A stretch of 63,994 nucleotides of DNA, the filler included, from Streblomastix strix (lineage: Eukaryota): the NCBI GenBank assembly GCA_008636045.1. It is 3 parts of 3 records of this genome, joined end to end, with 100 filler letters (N's around TTAATTAATTAA, not from the genome) between each part and the next. Parts side by side here need not be neighbours in the genome. Positions count along the whole stretch, not along the records: positions 1 to 21,714 come from SNRW01000357.1; 2 more parts are not named here. One strand, 5' to 3'. Shown here piece by piece: positions 1 to 12,731 of the stretch. Each line of letters begins with the position of its first letter. The first letter of the stretch is position 1. Under the pieces are notes generated by a model. That model did not search any database. It saw nothing but the letters and a program-made list of their open reading frames with translations, and had not been told where the DNA came from. A program made the translations under genes and the position numbers.

Positions 1-83
1 ATTATTATTATTTATAATAATTATATTAATAATAATATAAATTTCCATTTTTAATTTTAATTTTAATTTATTCATAATTATTC

Positions 84-1212
84 ATATATAATGACAATAT
101 AATCTTTGCGTTAATTTATTTACAGCCTGTATGCTTATTATTTAATAAATAATATTTTAATAAATAATAAATGAAATTATTCATTTATAAACAATATTTT
201 ATTATAATTATTATTATTTTTTATATTTAATTAATTTAAATTATTTAATAATTCAGATTGTATGACTAAATTACAAAAATTAAAAAATTTATTTATAAAT
301 ATATTTTTTGAAATAATTTTAACTTAAATTTTAATAATTATCTTAATTATTTTAAATTTTACCTTATTTATAATTATTAATATATAATGAAAATGCAATC
401 TTTGTAATTATTAAATAAAAGGCCGTATGTTTATAATTTAATAAATCTACGTATTAATTTCAAATTATTACTTATTCCATATATTATTTTTATTAATATT
501 TCATATTTTATATAATGATATATTTTTTATTTAAATAAAAGTCTGTATGATCAAAATTTAATAACATAAAAAGTTTTTATTTATATTATTTATTATTATT
601 ATTAATTTCTAATTAATTTTTAACCTTTATTAATTATTATTTGCATTATAAATTGACTGGTCTATATTATATTAATTTTAAGATGGTTTAACTGGAATTT
701 AAAAATATACAATAATATAAATATTATTATTTTTAAATTTGATTTTTTTATTATATTTAATTTTGATTTATTTTATAATTGTTCATATTTGTTGATTATA
801 TGATTATTATATTTATCAATATTTCAGAAAGTATACTCTTAATTTTAAATAAATTATTATAGAAATATTAATTTATAAATATTATTATTTAATTATTTTT
901 TTATGATAATTGTATTATTTTTATTATAATTTTTATTTGTATGATCTAAATTGTTTATGAATTAATTAAGATTGTATGTTTAAAATATAAAAATATAATA
1001 TAATATAGCTATATTTATTAACAATTTGAATTATCGTTTATAATTTTAATTTATTAATTTTATTTTATTAATTGAATATACTAAATATGTATTTTTTGAA
1101 AAACAGCATGTATGTTCAAAATTTAGTAAAATTATAATATTTATTTCATTTTTCTAATATTTAAATTATTATTTCACAAATTTTTAATTTAATAAAACAA
1201 CAGAAAGTATGT
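84..1212 (+). repeat. Degenerate tandem array of ~95-165-nt intron+microexon units, each ending (C/A)AG-NNN-GT(ATG)
   Basis: AG|NNN|GT at 126-128, 257-259, 422-424, 542-544, 683-685, 828-830, 971-973, 1107-1109 and 1204-1206. Seven of nine donors are GTATG. Flanks such as tatataatga...aatctttg and ..tttaataa recur between units. Confidence 0.7.
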
Positions 1213-1776
1213 TTAAAATATAAAAAAAATTATAATTATATTTTATTTTAAACATTAATTTTTAAATTAATATTACTTTTTATATTTTATAATTAGGTGG
1301 TGATCATTCTATTAATTATAAAACAAGGTATTAATTAAAAATATTAAAATTTTAAAATATTTTATTTATTTTTTTATGATATTTTTTTAGTGGCAGCCTT
1401 TCTCACATCATTAAAGTTCAAAATAGAACCCAAATTTCTTCACCAATCAATGGAAACATGCCATTCACTTGCGGATAAAAAGTGTCGATTGAATTGGATA
1501 TGACATCAACTCCTCGCCGTGCCACCTTTTTCGTTGATGGAAAAGTATAATAGAACACAGTGACTGATCTACCTAAAGCTATTCGCTTTTTTGTTTGCAA
1601 TAATTTCTATATTAATTAAATATTTAATTTTTTTATTTATGTTAATCATTTAGGCATTTATTCAAAAAGCTGGCTCTTCATTCCAAATCACAAAGTTTGA
1701 AAGAGTTGCTCATTCACCTGCCCGTAGATATTCTGGATCAAAAGAGTGGAAATGGGGATAAAACTGGAAACAATGA
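126..1776 (+). CDS. SPRY/B30.2-like (ConA-fold) family protein, 5'-incomplete; exons 1297-1327, 1391-1592 and 1654-1776 plus nine candidate 3-nt microexons upstream
   Basis: Spliced translation (TAR=Gln): GDHSINYKTSGSLSHI...NGNMPFTCGQKVSIELDMTSTPRRATFFVDGKVQQNTVTDLPKAIRFF|AFIQKAGSSFQITKFERV...KEWKWGQNWKQ*. GT-AG introns at 1328-1390 and 1593-1653. Clear paralog of 12732-13805 with a shared 31-nt exon. The fold assignment is by resemblance only. Confidence 0.75.
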
Positions 1777-2588
1777 AAGAATAGGTGAAATATTATCAAT
1801 ACCGATAAAAATTATACAAACACAAAAGTAACTTATCAAACAATAAAGAGTGTCTCATTTAATGTTTTATATAATTTATTTTTTGAACAATTAAAACAAT
1901 TTGAAATAAATATTGAAGCAAAAACTATTCATAAAGGACCATTGCAATAGACTTGGACAGTATTATTTCATAAAGAAGCATGCAAACACCACTCAATTAT
2001 AATGGATAGACAGCATAAAGTCCACATTCAAATCCAAATCAACAACATGGATAAGGATACATACAGATATAATCACACTAGATGGTGCCTGAAGAAAGTG
2101 TGCAGGATTCAATACGCTCACCTCCAGCTGATCAGCCCGATTGATTTGATTTTGAATCAGTATCAAATATTTTTATTTTAAGGACATTTATATCCATATT
2201 TGATTAATTTGAACTTATATTTGATTATAATTCAATAAAATATTTTATTATTAAAATTTACAACAATTTAAATATCAAAGCCATGATCAGAAGATAAGTT
2301 GACATTTTTTCATAATTTTGCTTATAATTCATTCCACAGGAGTTTTGAAGTAGTATATACCAAAATCCAATTGAAAATATTTATACTTTATATTTTTTAA
2401 TGCTTTATTCGCAAAAATATATGCCAATTATTATTTTTTTAAATAAATTGAAAAACATAGATTTGTGCACTAAATAACAGATTATATTTCAATTAATCGT
2501 ATTTAAAATATTAATTTTATTTCATTGGAGCATATTGATTATAATTATAATTATTATTATTAATATTATTTTCTGATACGTATAGAAA

Positions 2589-5000
2589 ATGCAGAAATAA
2601 GAAAATAATATTTTGGACGTGAAAATCTAGGCATAGTACATCATAAAAGATATTCCAGATTAAAAAAGTGCAGGTCAATAAGATTCTGAAGGAAAAACAT
2701 AACATGCAAAGCGTATTACAGCGAAGGGTGAGCGTATGAAGAGCAACCGAGAACAAAAACAGCAAAAGCTCTGCAAATAAATTTCGATAGGCGACGAATG
2801 TACTAATCCTCGTTGTATTTTCTCTCATGATATTAATTCTTTTTTGAAGAACAAATTGCCAAATAGCCAACCTGAAACAGAATGCGTTTTCACTAAATTG
2901 AATCGACGGTGTCCATACGGCGTAAAATGCTTGAATTCACACAGCCATATTAAAATCATATCTCAGCAACATTCTAAAGAAAATGATGAAGCAGTTATTT
3001 AAATTGAGTTCACTGACAAACATCTTCCTTTTCCAGAACCAGAACTCAATATATTTGCACATGAAACTGTAAATAGTTTAAATAGAAATTAAGAATAATT
3101 TCCACTTTCTTCTAAACTTGTTATTCCTCTAATAAGCACATTTACAAATTAACTTCGAAATTAATAATAGACAAAATCAGAAAATATTTTAAATGAAAGA
3201 AAATAATAAGATAAACACGACAATTTATAATCTAAAGGTAAAGATATGATTATAGATGATAAATTAAATAGTAATTTAGATGCAGAGGAAGAATAGGATA
3301 AATATGAAGGAGATGAAATGGACACTTAATTCTAAAAGACAAAAAGATAAAGAGAATAAGAGTAAGATGATAAAAAAGAAGAAATCTAAGACATTGAATA
3401 AGAAAAATTGGAAAGAGATAAACGAGTAAGATTAAGAATATCAGAAGAAACTGAAGAATAATCAATAAAATAAGATTCATCATAACTCATAAGTACAAAT
3501 TAATTAATAACATCCTCGTCTTCATTATCACCATAATAATATTCATCATTAATTCAACCATTCCCAATTCATCAACAACATCAATTGAACTTTGATGGTC
3601 TTCTTTATCTTGCGCCATTAACAACTCTTGGAAATCTTCCTTTTAGACGAGTGTGTGTTGAATAAGGAGTTGATATGACCTGTAGTGAAATGGTCGTATG
3701 TCAGACATTACTGAGAGGATAAGGATCTGAACTGGCTCTTCTTAGGAAACACAGGAGTGAGAAGATATTTGGAATTCAGTTGGCTTCATCACGCGCAGAT
3801 CAGACATCGATGGCTGTTGAGGTTATTGAAAGGGAATTTGGAGACAATATTGACTTCTTTGATTTTAATTGTGGATGCCCTATTGATACTTTCTGTAAGA
3901 AGGGGATGTGTGCTGAACTTCTGCGCAGACCTACAAAGGCTATTTCAATAATAAGAGCTCTTACAATGTCTTCTTCACTTGCTCAGGCAATCAGAAAGAT
4001 AGAAAAATAAAGATCATTACAACCATATATTGGTGAATTACATCCACAAACTGCATAGAATTTAGCTGATTAGATAGCTGATTCTAAAACAATAGAAAAT
4101 GCCATTCAAATAATAGAATAAACTTAGAGATCTTTAAATGGAGATTAATTTCAACCATTAACTACAAAACCTATTATAGTCAAAATACGAATGGGTTATG
4201 ATGATAAACATCCAATAGCTCATTCTCTAATCCCATAATTATCAATGTTATCTGGTGCATCAGCTGTAGTATTACATGGGAGATCTAAATTATAGAGATA
4301 TCAGAAGTGTGCAGATTGGTAATATATTCGATAGTGTTCAAGATAATCTCCAATCCCAGTGTTTGGTAATGGAGATATATTCAATTGGAGAGATGTAGTC
4401 AAGATTTGGGAAGATGAAAGTATCAGGAATGAAGAATAGAAGGAAGAAATAATAGAGAAAGAGAAAGAGAAAGAAGAAGATGATATGAATTATTAATAGA
4501 GAGAATAATTTGGATCTTCTGATTCTCACTCATAAAGAATTAAGCCTTCAGTGATGATTGCAAGAGGAGCTCTTATTAAACCGTGGATATTCACTGAAAT
4601 CAAAGAATAGAGAGATATTGATATAAGATCTGGAGAGAGATTACAAATTCTGCGCAATTTCGCAGATTATGGAATGGAACATTGGGGATCTGATGGATAA
4701 GGAGTTGAGAATACCAGAATATTTATGCTTGAATGGCTTTCTTTCTTCTATAGATATATTCCCATTGGTATAATTGAAGGATGTGGTGTGGATCCAATGG
4801 AAGCGTCATCAGTAGAAGCTCTGTCACATACAAGATAGAAACTGAATATGAGATTTCCTCGATACAATGGAAGAGATGATTTAGAGACACTCTTTGCAAG
4901 TTCAAAGGCATCAGATTGGGTTAAAATAACGGAGATGTTCTTAGGACAAGCAAAAGAGGGGTATTAATTTATTCCAAAGCACAAGTCCAATGCATATTGA
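2589..5000 (+). CDS. DUS3: tRNA-dihydrouridine(47) synthase, 803 aa, intronless
   Basis: Two N-terminal CCCH-type zinc fingers. DUS motifs [62 protein letters not shown] and C-terminal [10 protein letters not shown]. Frame is continuous from ATG 2589 to TGA 4998-5000 with TAR=Gln. Confidence 0.93.
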
Positions 5001-5191
5001 GTTTGATTTAATGTATTGCATCTTATAAATAAATGGAAAAAAAATCTATATATTAAACATGAATGAAATATCACTTTATTTTTTACTGTTAGTAGAATTA
5101 AATAAGTGAAATGAAAAGTAAGAATAGTGAATTATTGGTTTAAAATTAATTATTTAGTACTTTGGCCTGTTTATCTATATGTTATTATACA

Positions 5192-8100
5192 TCATCCACT
5201 TCCTGGTTGAGATTATTCACCTTACATGATCTTCATTGTTGCAACAATTGTGGCTTCCATATCAGATTTCATCTGGTTAATAAACAAATAGAAACAAAAA
5301 AAAATAAAAGATATTGAATAATTAAGTTTAAATTAATTAATACTGTTTCTTCTAATTCACGAAGTCTTAACTCCATTTATTATACACGTTCATTAACAGC
5401 TAGAGAATCCTTCATAACCTTCTTGGATAGAACTCGTATAGTCTATGTTGCCATCTCTCGCAATTCATCTCTGATTTTCTGAAGTTTTGGATCCATATCA
5501 ACCAAATTACTTGTATTGTTCTCCATTAATACATATGAGCTCTATTCTAATCCTTTACTTGAAGTTTATTCTTTTACTTTATCTTTAGAAATAATATCCA
5601 ATCTTTGTTAGTCTAATTATTCTAACTATTTCATCTATTTAGTCATTTCAACTATTTTATCTTCTGTTGAATCCAATCTTCTTGTATGAGATCGAATTGA
5701 TGACATTATATCAGTTAGATCTGATTATGATTATGATGTTTATGAAGATGTTTAATGTGATATTTACTCTTTAAATTGAGTAATAATACGTGTCATATTC
5801 CTTTACTCAGATATTATATCTTTAATTTTATCATCTAATTCATCAACCTATCTTTTAGTACTCCTTTAATCCTATTATAATCTATCATAATCTTTTCTCT
5901 ATTTCTCTTTTTCCTTTTCTAATTCTCTTTCTTTTATATTATCCAATCCTCCTGATTTCTTCAATAGAGTTGGAGATGATTCATCCAAAGGTTTTTCTTT
6001 CTTTCTTCTTCTTTCTTATTCTTCTATATCTCTTTGCATATCATCAATCTTCTTCTCAATCTAAGATACACGAGATTGTAATTAAGATGGAATTTAGTTG
6101 GATTTATATTTGCTTGAACTTGATTTATAATCATTATCATCTTCTTCTTATTCATCATCATCTCCATCTTTCATTCCTCCAAGTTTCTTCTCAATATTCT
6201 TAATTCTTTCATCAAATCCCTTCAGAGCTTCTGCAACTTCTCCTCTTAAAGCTGGTTAGTTCATCTACTCCCTATATTATGGTGAAGATTAGGATGGTGT
6301 GAAGAATGATACAAAGTTTGGTGGTCTCTCATTTTATTTTGTAGGTGTGTGATCTGGTGATCTATATTGTCTATATTCTCCACTTCCTTCTTCTTCATCA
6401 TCATAGTCATCTTTTCCTTCTTTTTATCTATCGTCTTGTTTTCTATATAAATTTTGGGGTTGGTTTCTCTATTAATTTGAATTGATTATATTCTTTCCTA
6501 TATTTTATTCTTATATTTAACTTAATATCTATTAAATCATTTTATCTTTTTCTTTGACTAATATATCATCAACTTTATCTTACACTAATTTATTTAATAT
6601 TTCATCCATAATAAAACTTGCTTTTTCTTTCTTTTTCTACTGTAATCCTTTTTATTTTTCAAATTGATTTTAAGATTTTCTTTATTTCTCATTATTTCTA
6701 CTATTATTTAATCCATAACTATTACTACTTTTATCTTCATTATCATCAGAATATGCATCTCTCTCTTCACTTCTACTTTAAGATCTTTATTAACCTTTAT
6801 TTTATCTTTTTTATTTATTATCGTCTTTTCCTGACCTTCTCAAATCTCCTTTCTTTTGATTATTTTGTTTAGATTTCAATTTATTATTAACTTACAAATT
6901 TGGACTCTTAGTTCTATGTATTTGCATATCATCATCTAAATCTCCGCTACTTTACTCATCTGGTTCATATTAATCTTCAATACTTTAATTATTGCTCTGT
7001 CTTTATTTTTATTTTCTTTATTTACCATCGATTCTTTGTAATTCATCATCAAATATTTCTGGAAGCGCTTCACCAACAACTTGAAGACATATTTCTTTGA
7101 ATCTATCAAATAATTATGCTATATAAATAGAAAATAATAATAATATGCTTAATTTTAATTTTCAAATTATTAAACTTTCTTAAAATAATTATTAATATTC
7201 AAATACCTTCAGATTCATTCATTTCCTGCTTTCTCTTCTTTGCCTTCATTGCATCAGCTGCTTTTGCCAATCTACCCAAAATATTCCTTCTTATTCGATC
7301 TCTTTTCTTTTAATCTTATTTCCCTCTGTTATATTTATCTAATTCATCTTCTTAATCTATTTGATCTTCAATATCTTATTCTTTCTTTCTTTATTCTTCT
7401 TCTCTTTCTTCATCTCTTAATGGACCTAGAATCCTTTCTTCAATTAATGTAGCCATTCTCTCTTCTATTATTGGTATTGTACCTTATGCCATTCTATCAA
7501 GCGCTTTCTATTCTTATTTCTTCATCTCCTATAACACAGACTCTTTAACTATTGTACCAAGAAGCTCTTCAGATTTCTATACTGCTGCATAAGCTCCCTT
7601 TTATCCAATCTCTTTGACTATTACAGGTACAATTAATTGAGCTTAATTCTCAATTATACTCAAATCTTGATGTGTTGACAATGCTGTAGCTGCTGCTATA
7701 TCCACTTCAACTGATGATAGTGTTTAATTCACTCTTTATTCAAGTGCTTCTAATGCATCTTTTAATAGTTGAATTGTTAGACGCTATTATTCTTATAATA
7801 ATGCAGAAGGTGATTGATATAGTTATATTTAGTATTATTATTGTTATTAATACATTTATTATTCATTCTAATTATCTCCTTACTCATTAGATGTTAGTTA
7901 TTGATAAGAGGGAAGTGGTATAAATCGAGATTGTAATGATGGATATGGATTTGAAGATATTGATGTGAAATTAATAACTGCAGATGTTGTACCTGGATTC
8001 TATTATTATAAGTTTTGTTATTATTGCATTATTTATTATTAATATCTTTATGAAGCTATGTCTTGTGCCTATTACATCATTTATGATACATTATTAGTAA

Positions 8101-11100
8101 CAACAAGTGTCTTCATTTTCTCAATCATTGCTATAAGTAAAGAACGAATCGCTTCTTATTCTTTTCCAGCATACAAAACATCATCAATCCATTTTTCAAT
8201 CATCTCTTTTGTTCCAATTATTTTAACATTATTCTATTATTAACTTCCCTTTTGAACAATAGCAGTTGATTAAGTCTAATTCATCTATGTTTAATTTAAT
8301 AGAGAATTCTTCATCTAATCTTTCCTATAATTCTAATTATTAACCCCTTTCTTCCCTTAATCTCTCATAGTCTCATTCATATATGTATCCAGAGTCCTTC
8401 CTGTTATTCCCCCAGTCTCTTTATCCCTTTATTATAAGTAGTTCAGTTATTGTGGAGAGAAAACATCTCCAACACCCAGACCCTCATTCTGCCAACTCCA
8501 CTACCTCTCTATTTCTGAGCTGCACCAGGATCTGGTCTCTGAATGGAAATCATCAATGAAACAGTCATCAAGTTAATTATATTCAAGTTGGTATTGGATG
8601 TCGTCTTAATCTTGTTCAATACTGTCTATGTTAATGTTATTAAAGTTTGCTTCTGCATTTGAGAGTAACTATGGTTATGATTGTTAATATACAGATGCGT
8701 ATGGATCTTTAATTTATTATTAGTTGTTTATATTCTCAACCTGATACAATTTAGAGAAAGCTTCGGTCTTCTTCAATTTAGCAGATAATAACCTTTAAGC
8801 AGCAATGAATCTATTCAATCTTAAAGACAGTTATATCTCTTCAACTACATTCTATGGGAGATTAGAAGCAAATAGTGGAGTAGAGAATGGATAGAATGGA
8901 GATGATGAAGAAGAAGGTAATTGTATTGACACTCCTTATAACTGTGCTGCAACTGACTCATGAAATTATAGAAGTAACTATTTTCTAGGTGTATTGACTA
9001 CTGTAATTGCTCCTGTTTTATTTCCTATTGCTTATCCAAATACTGAAGTGCTTATAGACTAAGTTGTGTATTTATTTGTTATTGATTTAACACTTTGTTA
9101 TTATGATGATTTTTGAAGCTATTAGTTAACTTGTGAATGTCTACTTCCTAATTAATTTCCAGCTGATATAGATTGAATGGATTACAATAATCCACCTCCT
9201 GTTGGTGTGTTTACATTCTATTTAGTTGATCCCATTTGTGATGTTGTTTAATATGTATATAAAGTTTGTAAAAATTGTGAGCTTTGCGAAGGTGTTAAAA
9301 TAGAATTCTAACCCAATTTTTATTTTTATACTGATTTTTAGTTTTTGTTTAATTATTTTTATAGTTGTTGTTATAAATTGTGAGATGAAGTTAGATTTTT
9401 AGATGATTGTAATTTTGATTGATTTAATTTTGATATTTTTGATGTTTATGTGGAAGAAAGAACTGAATGTATAATTGAGTAAGTATAAAAAAGAAATAAT
9501 AATTATTAATAATAAAAGTATTTGTAATATTCACACATCCTTCATTATTAGATAATCCTATATTGTATTCTCCAATTGTTTATTATTCTCCTTATTATTA
9601 GAGACTTTCAATTTCATTATCAAAATCTATTATTCCTTATAATTTGAATTATGGATTTTGAAGAAGTGAATTAATTTATAGTTGTTGCAATTAAGGACGA
9701 AGCATCATTCTAATATTATAATTAAAAACATAATTAAATATAAATTATTTGAAAAAAATTATTAATTTTTATTGTTATTTATAACTATCTAAATAAAAAC
9801 CTCAAATCAACAACAGAAATACTCTTTCTAATCGCTTCTCCAATCAATATTCCAGCTTCATCATTTGAAACATCAATAAATAATCTTCTTATATGAAGAG
9901 ATTATTATAATGCCTATAAATATATATTTGATGGATGAATGAATAGGAAAATAAAATTCATATGGAATTATGAAATGAAAATAAATATAATAATAATATA
10001 TAATACATACTTATACAGCCCATATTATAGGAGGTTAGAATGTTTTCTGTATTCTATCTTAATTAGCAAATAAATAATGTGGCTGATCTAATTAAGAGAA
10101 TCAAATAAAAAAAAGTAGAATATAAAATATTTTATATTTTTATATAATAACAATTAAAAATTCAAACCTTTTCCAGCCAACATCGCACTCATTAATGTTG
10201 CACTCATTAGTTTACCAGAATATTATTACAATTGTTATTATGAAGATATATTATTAATATTAGATGCAACAGAACCTCGTATTGGTACATGAGATAATGA
10301 TGTGTATGATTAGAATGATTATTGAGTCTAATTCAAATTTTAATTATTATTAATGTTGTTATTATTCTAACTATATATTTATGACTAATAACTTGCAGAA
10401 ACAGAAGGAGGTTATAATTATGAATTCAAAGGCATCCCTTACAAATCAATACAAATAATTGAATTAACTCTTGATACAGCATGTAACAATGTAGCACACC
10501 AATCTGATGATATTAGATTGTGTGACAGATGAAGATGACGAAGAGTGAATGGAGGAATGAATTGAGATTATAATTAAGATTAAAGGTGAGATGATGGATT
10601 TTATTATTGTTGTGTTTGTGATTAATCTTATTTATTATTTAATTAATCGAGTTTATTCTTACTCTATTTCTATTTTATATAATCATTCTAATTAGTATTT
10701 TAATTATCTTAATATAGAGTATTAGGGAAATAAGAAGCAAGTAGTTCAATAATAGCTACTGCTCCTCTATCAGTAATGCAATTTCCTCTAAGTGACAATC
10801 GTTCCAATTGAGTTTAATTCTTTTATTCTGTTTTAAATAATTCATCAAATTATTGATTATTACTTTGTTATTGATTAGTTTTTGAAATGTTATTTAAAGT
10901 TTGTGATGATTATGGAATATCACCTTATTATTCTTTCTATTATTAACTCTACTGTTTATTCTATAATTAAACCAATTATTATGAATATTGAGGGAGTAAT
11001 GATTAAGATATAGCTATAATTCCCATATCTCCAATTACATTAGAATCCAAATTAAGGGATTTAATGTATTTATTCACTCTCAATGCCTGGGCCAATGAAC

Positions 11101-12296
11101 AAGCTCCATCATTTCCAATGTTATTATTACTCAGATTCAATGATTGAAGTGGAAGTTTAGATGGAAGAGATGATTAAGAAGATTATTATTATTAATTTGG
11201 ATATTGGAATGAAGGTGGTGATTGTGTGAGTGAATCTGATAATAATTGTTATTATTATTATTATTAAGATGAAGATGATGATGAAGAAGATTAGAATTCA
11301 CAAGTACCAGTAATTAAAGCACCAGCTAATGCAGCAGCTCCTTCATCGCCAATTCCATTCTCTGAAAGATCTAATGATAATAATTAACATACTCTAAAGA
11401 ATGGTGAGTTGAATTAATTGGAATTAATTTACTTACTAATTACTGAATTAATATCTTATTATTGTTGTTATTGTTATTATTATTCAATATTTTAGTTTAT
11501 ATTCATTGTATGGCGAAAGAATTGAGATGGTGGAGCCAATTACAATGAATTTGCAGATGTTACTGATGCTGTTAAAACTGATTGCGCGTTTGATGATGTT
11601 TTAGTGTCAAAGAATAAATGGAAGTTCAGAAGTCTCGCTATAATCTCAGCCCCTCTATCACCAAGTTTAGTATTACGAAGAGAAAGAACAGTCAATGAAC
11701 TGAATCTTCCATATGGTGGGGATTATATAGAAGGTGAGATATTAGATGCTGCTGATAGAAATTATTTCCTTATTGATTCTTGGAGATTGTCAATTGATTG
11801 CGCTCCAAGTGGATTAGAGGAAAAGTTAACTCGCTTTAAGTGAAATGGAGTTTATGCTTAGCAAAATAGAAGTAAAAATTCAAAAAATGATACAAAAGAT
11901 AGAAAAATAAATATAAGAAAATATAAGTCTTTTCAAACTTCGATTAGATTCGCCTTAAAATAATGCTGACAATCCAATACTACTGATTTAATTACCTTCT
12001 AGATCTAGATGGGCTATCAAAGAACCATTCACAAGAGCTTGCGCTATGCATTTAATATCGATATCTTTCTGGAAACATAGTTAAGAGAAATCACATTTTT
12101 AACAAAAATAATTATTATTATTTTGGCAAACAATTGGTTCTCCTCTATTTGACAGATCACATCTAAACCCAAATGGATCATTCAACGTGTTTACAAATTC
12201 CAGGATAGGAGGAACAGGCGTCAGAGTGCAAATTTGTATATATGCTGAGCATGCATTTTGAGCTCCTTCCTCCGAACCTTGAAGCAGAACTGTCAT
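5192..12296 (-). CDS. Large RI-type leucine-rich-repeat protein with Q/S-rich linkers and a C-terminal coiled coil (multi-exon, ~2200 aa)
   Basis: LRRs LDLEGNQISSIG, LSLRNTKLGDRGAEII, LDLSENGIGDEGAAALA, LNLSNNNIGNDGACSLAQAL, LNLDSNVIGDMG and LSLRGNCITDRGA. About seven short introns. Ends ...SQPGSG* at 5192. Internal exon boundaries are approximate, and a split into two genes cannot be excluded. Confidence 0.75.
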
Positions 12297-12731
12297 CTGT
12301 GTGTAAAATAAAAATTGAAATAATATATGAAAAACAAACTCACATAATGGACAAATAATTATAGAAATGATTTAGAATGAATTTCTCTGTGGAATTGAAT
12401 TAAATTTGTATCTTGATAATTATTTTGAATTTAAATGAATATATTACACTCTAAAAAATATGTGTAATCATAAATTATGCAGTACAATTTGGAATTAATA
12501 AAATGATTAATTTTATCAATGAACATTAAAAACTAAAATTATTTATTTCATGTTGTTAACAGAAATTTATTAAAGCATATATAATCATATTTTTTTTATG
12601 AATTTTTGAGTTTGTCCGGAGGGAAGATAACGAAATGAAGTGATAATTTTTTTTTCTTATACAGATTGAAAGTGATATTTGTTATCATTTATTGATTAAA
12701 TATTAATTTTCTTTTCTTCTTCATATAAATT

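Noticed and set aside
84..1212. Regularly spaced short motif resembling a CRISPR-like or satellite array
   Set aside because: The conserved part is only AG-NNN-GTATG splice-signal sequence with intron-like spacers in a eukaryotic context, and no cas genes are present.
1900..2165. Less AT-rich open stretch downstream of the first SPRY-like gene
   Set aside because: No start, splice structure or recognisable motif; possibly a transposon or gene remnant, but unsupported.
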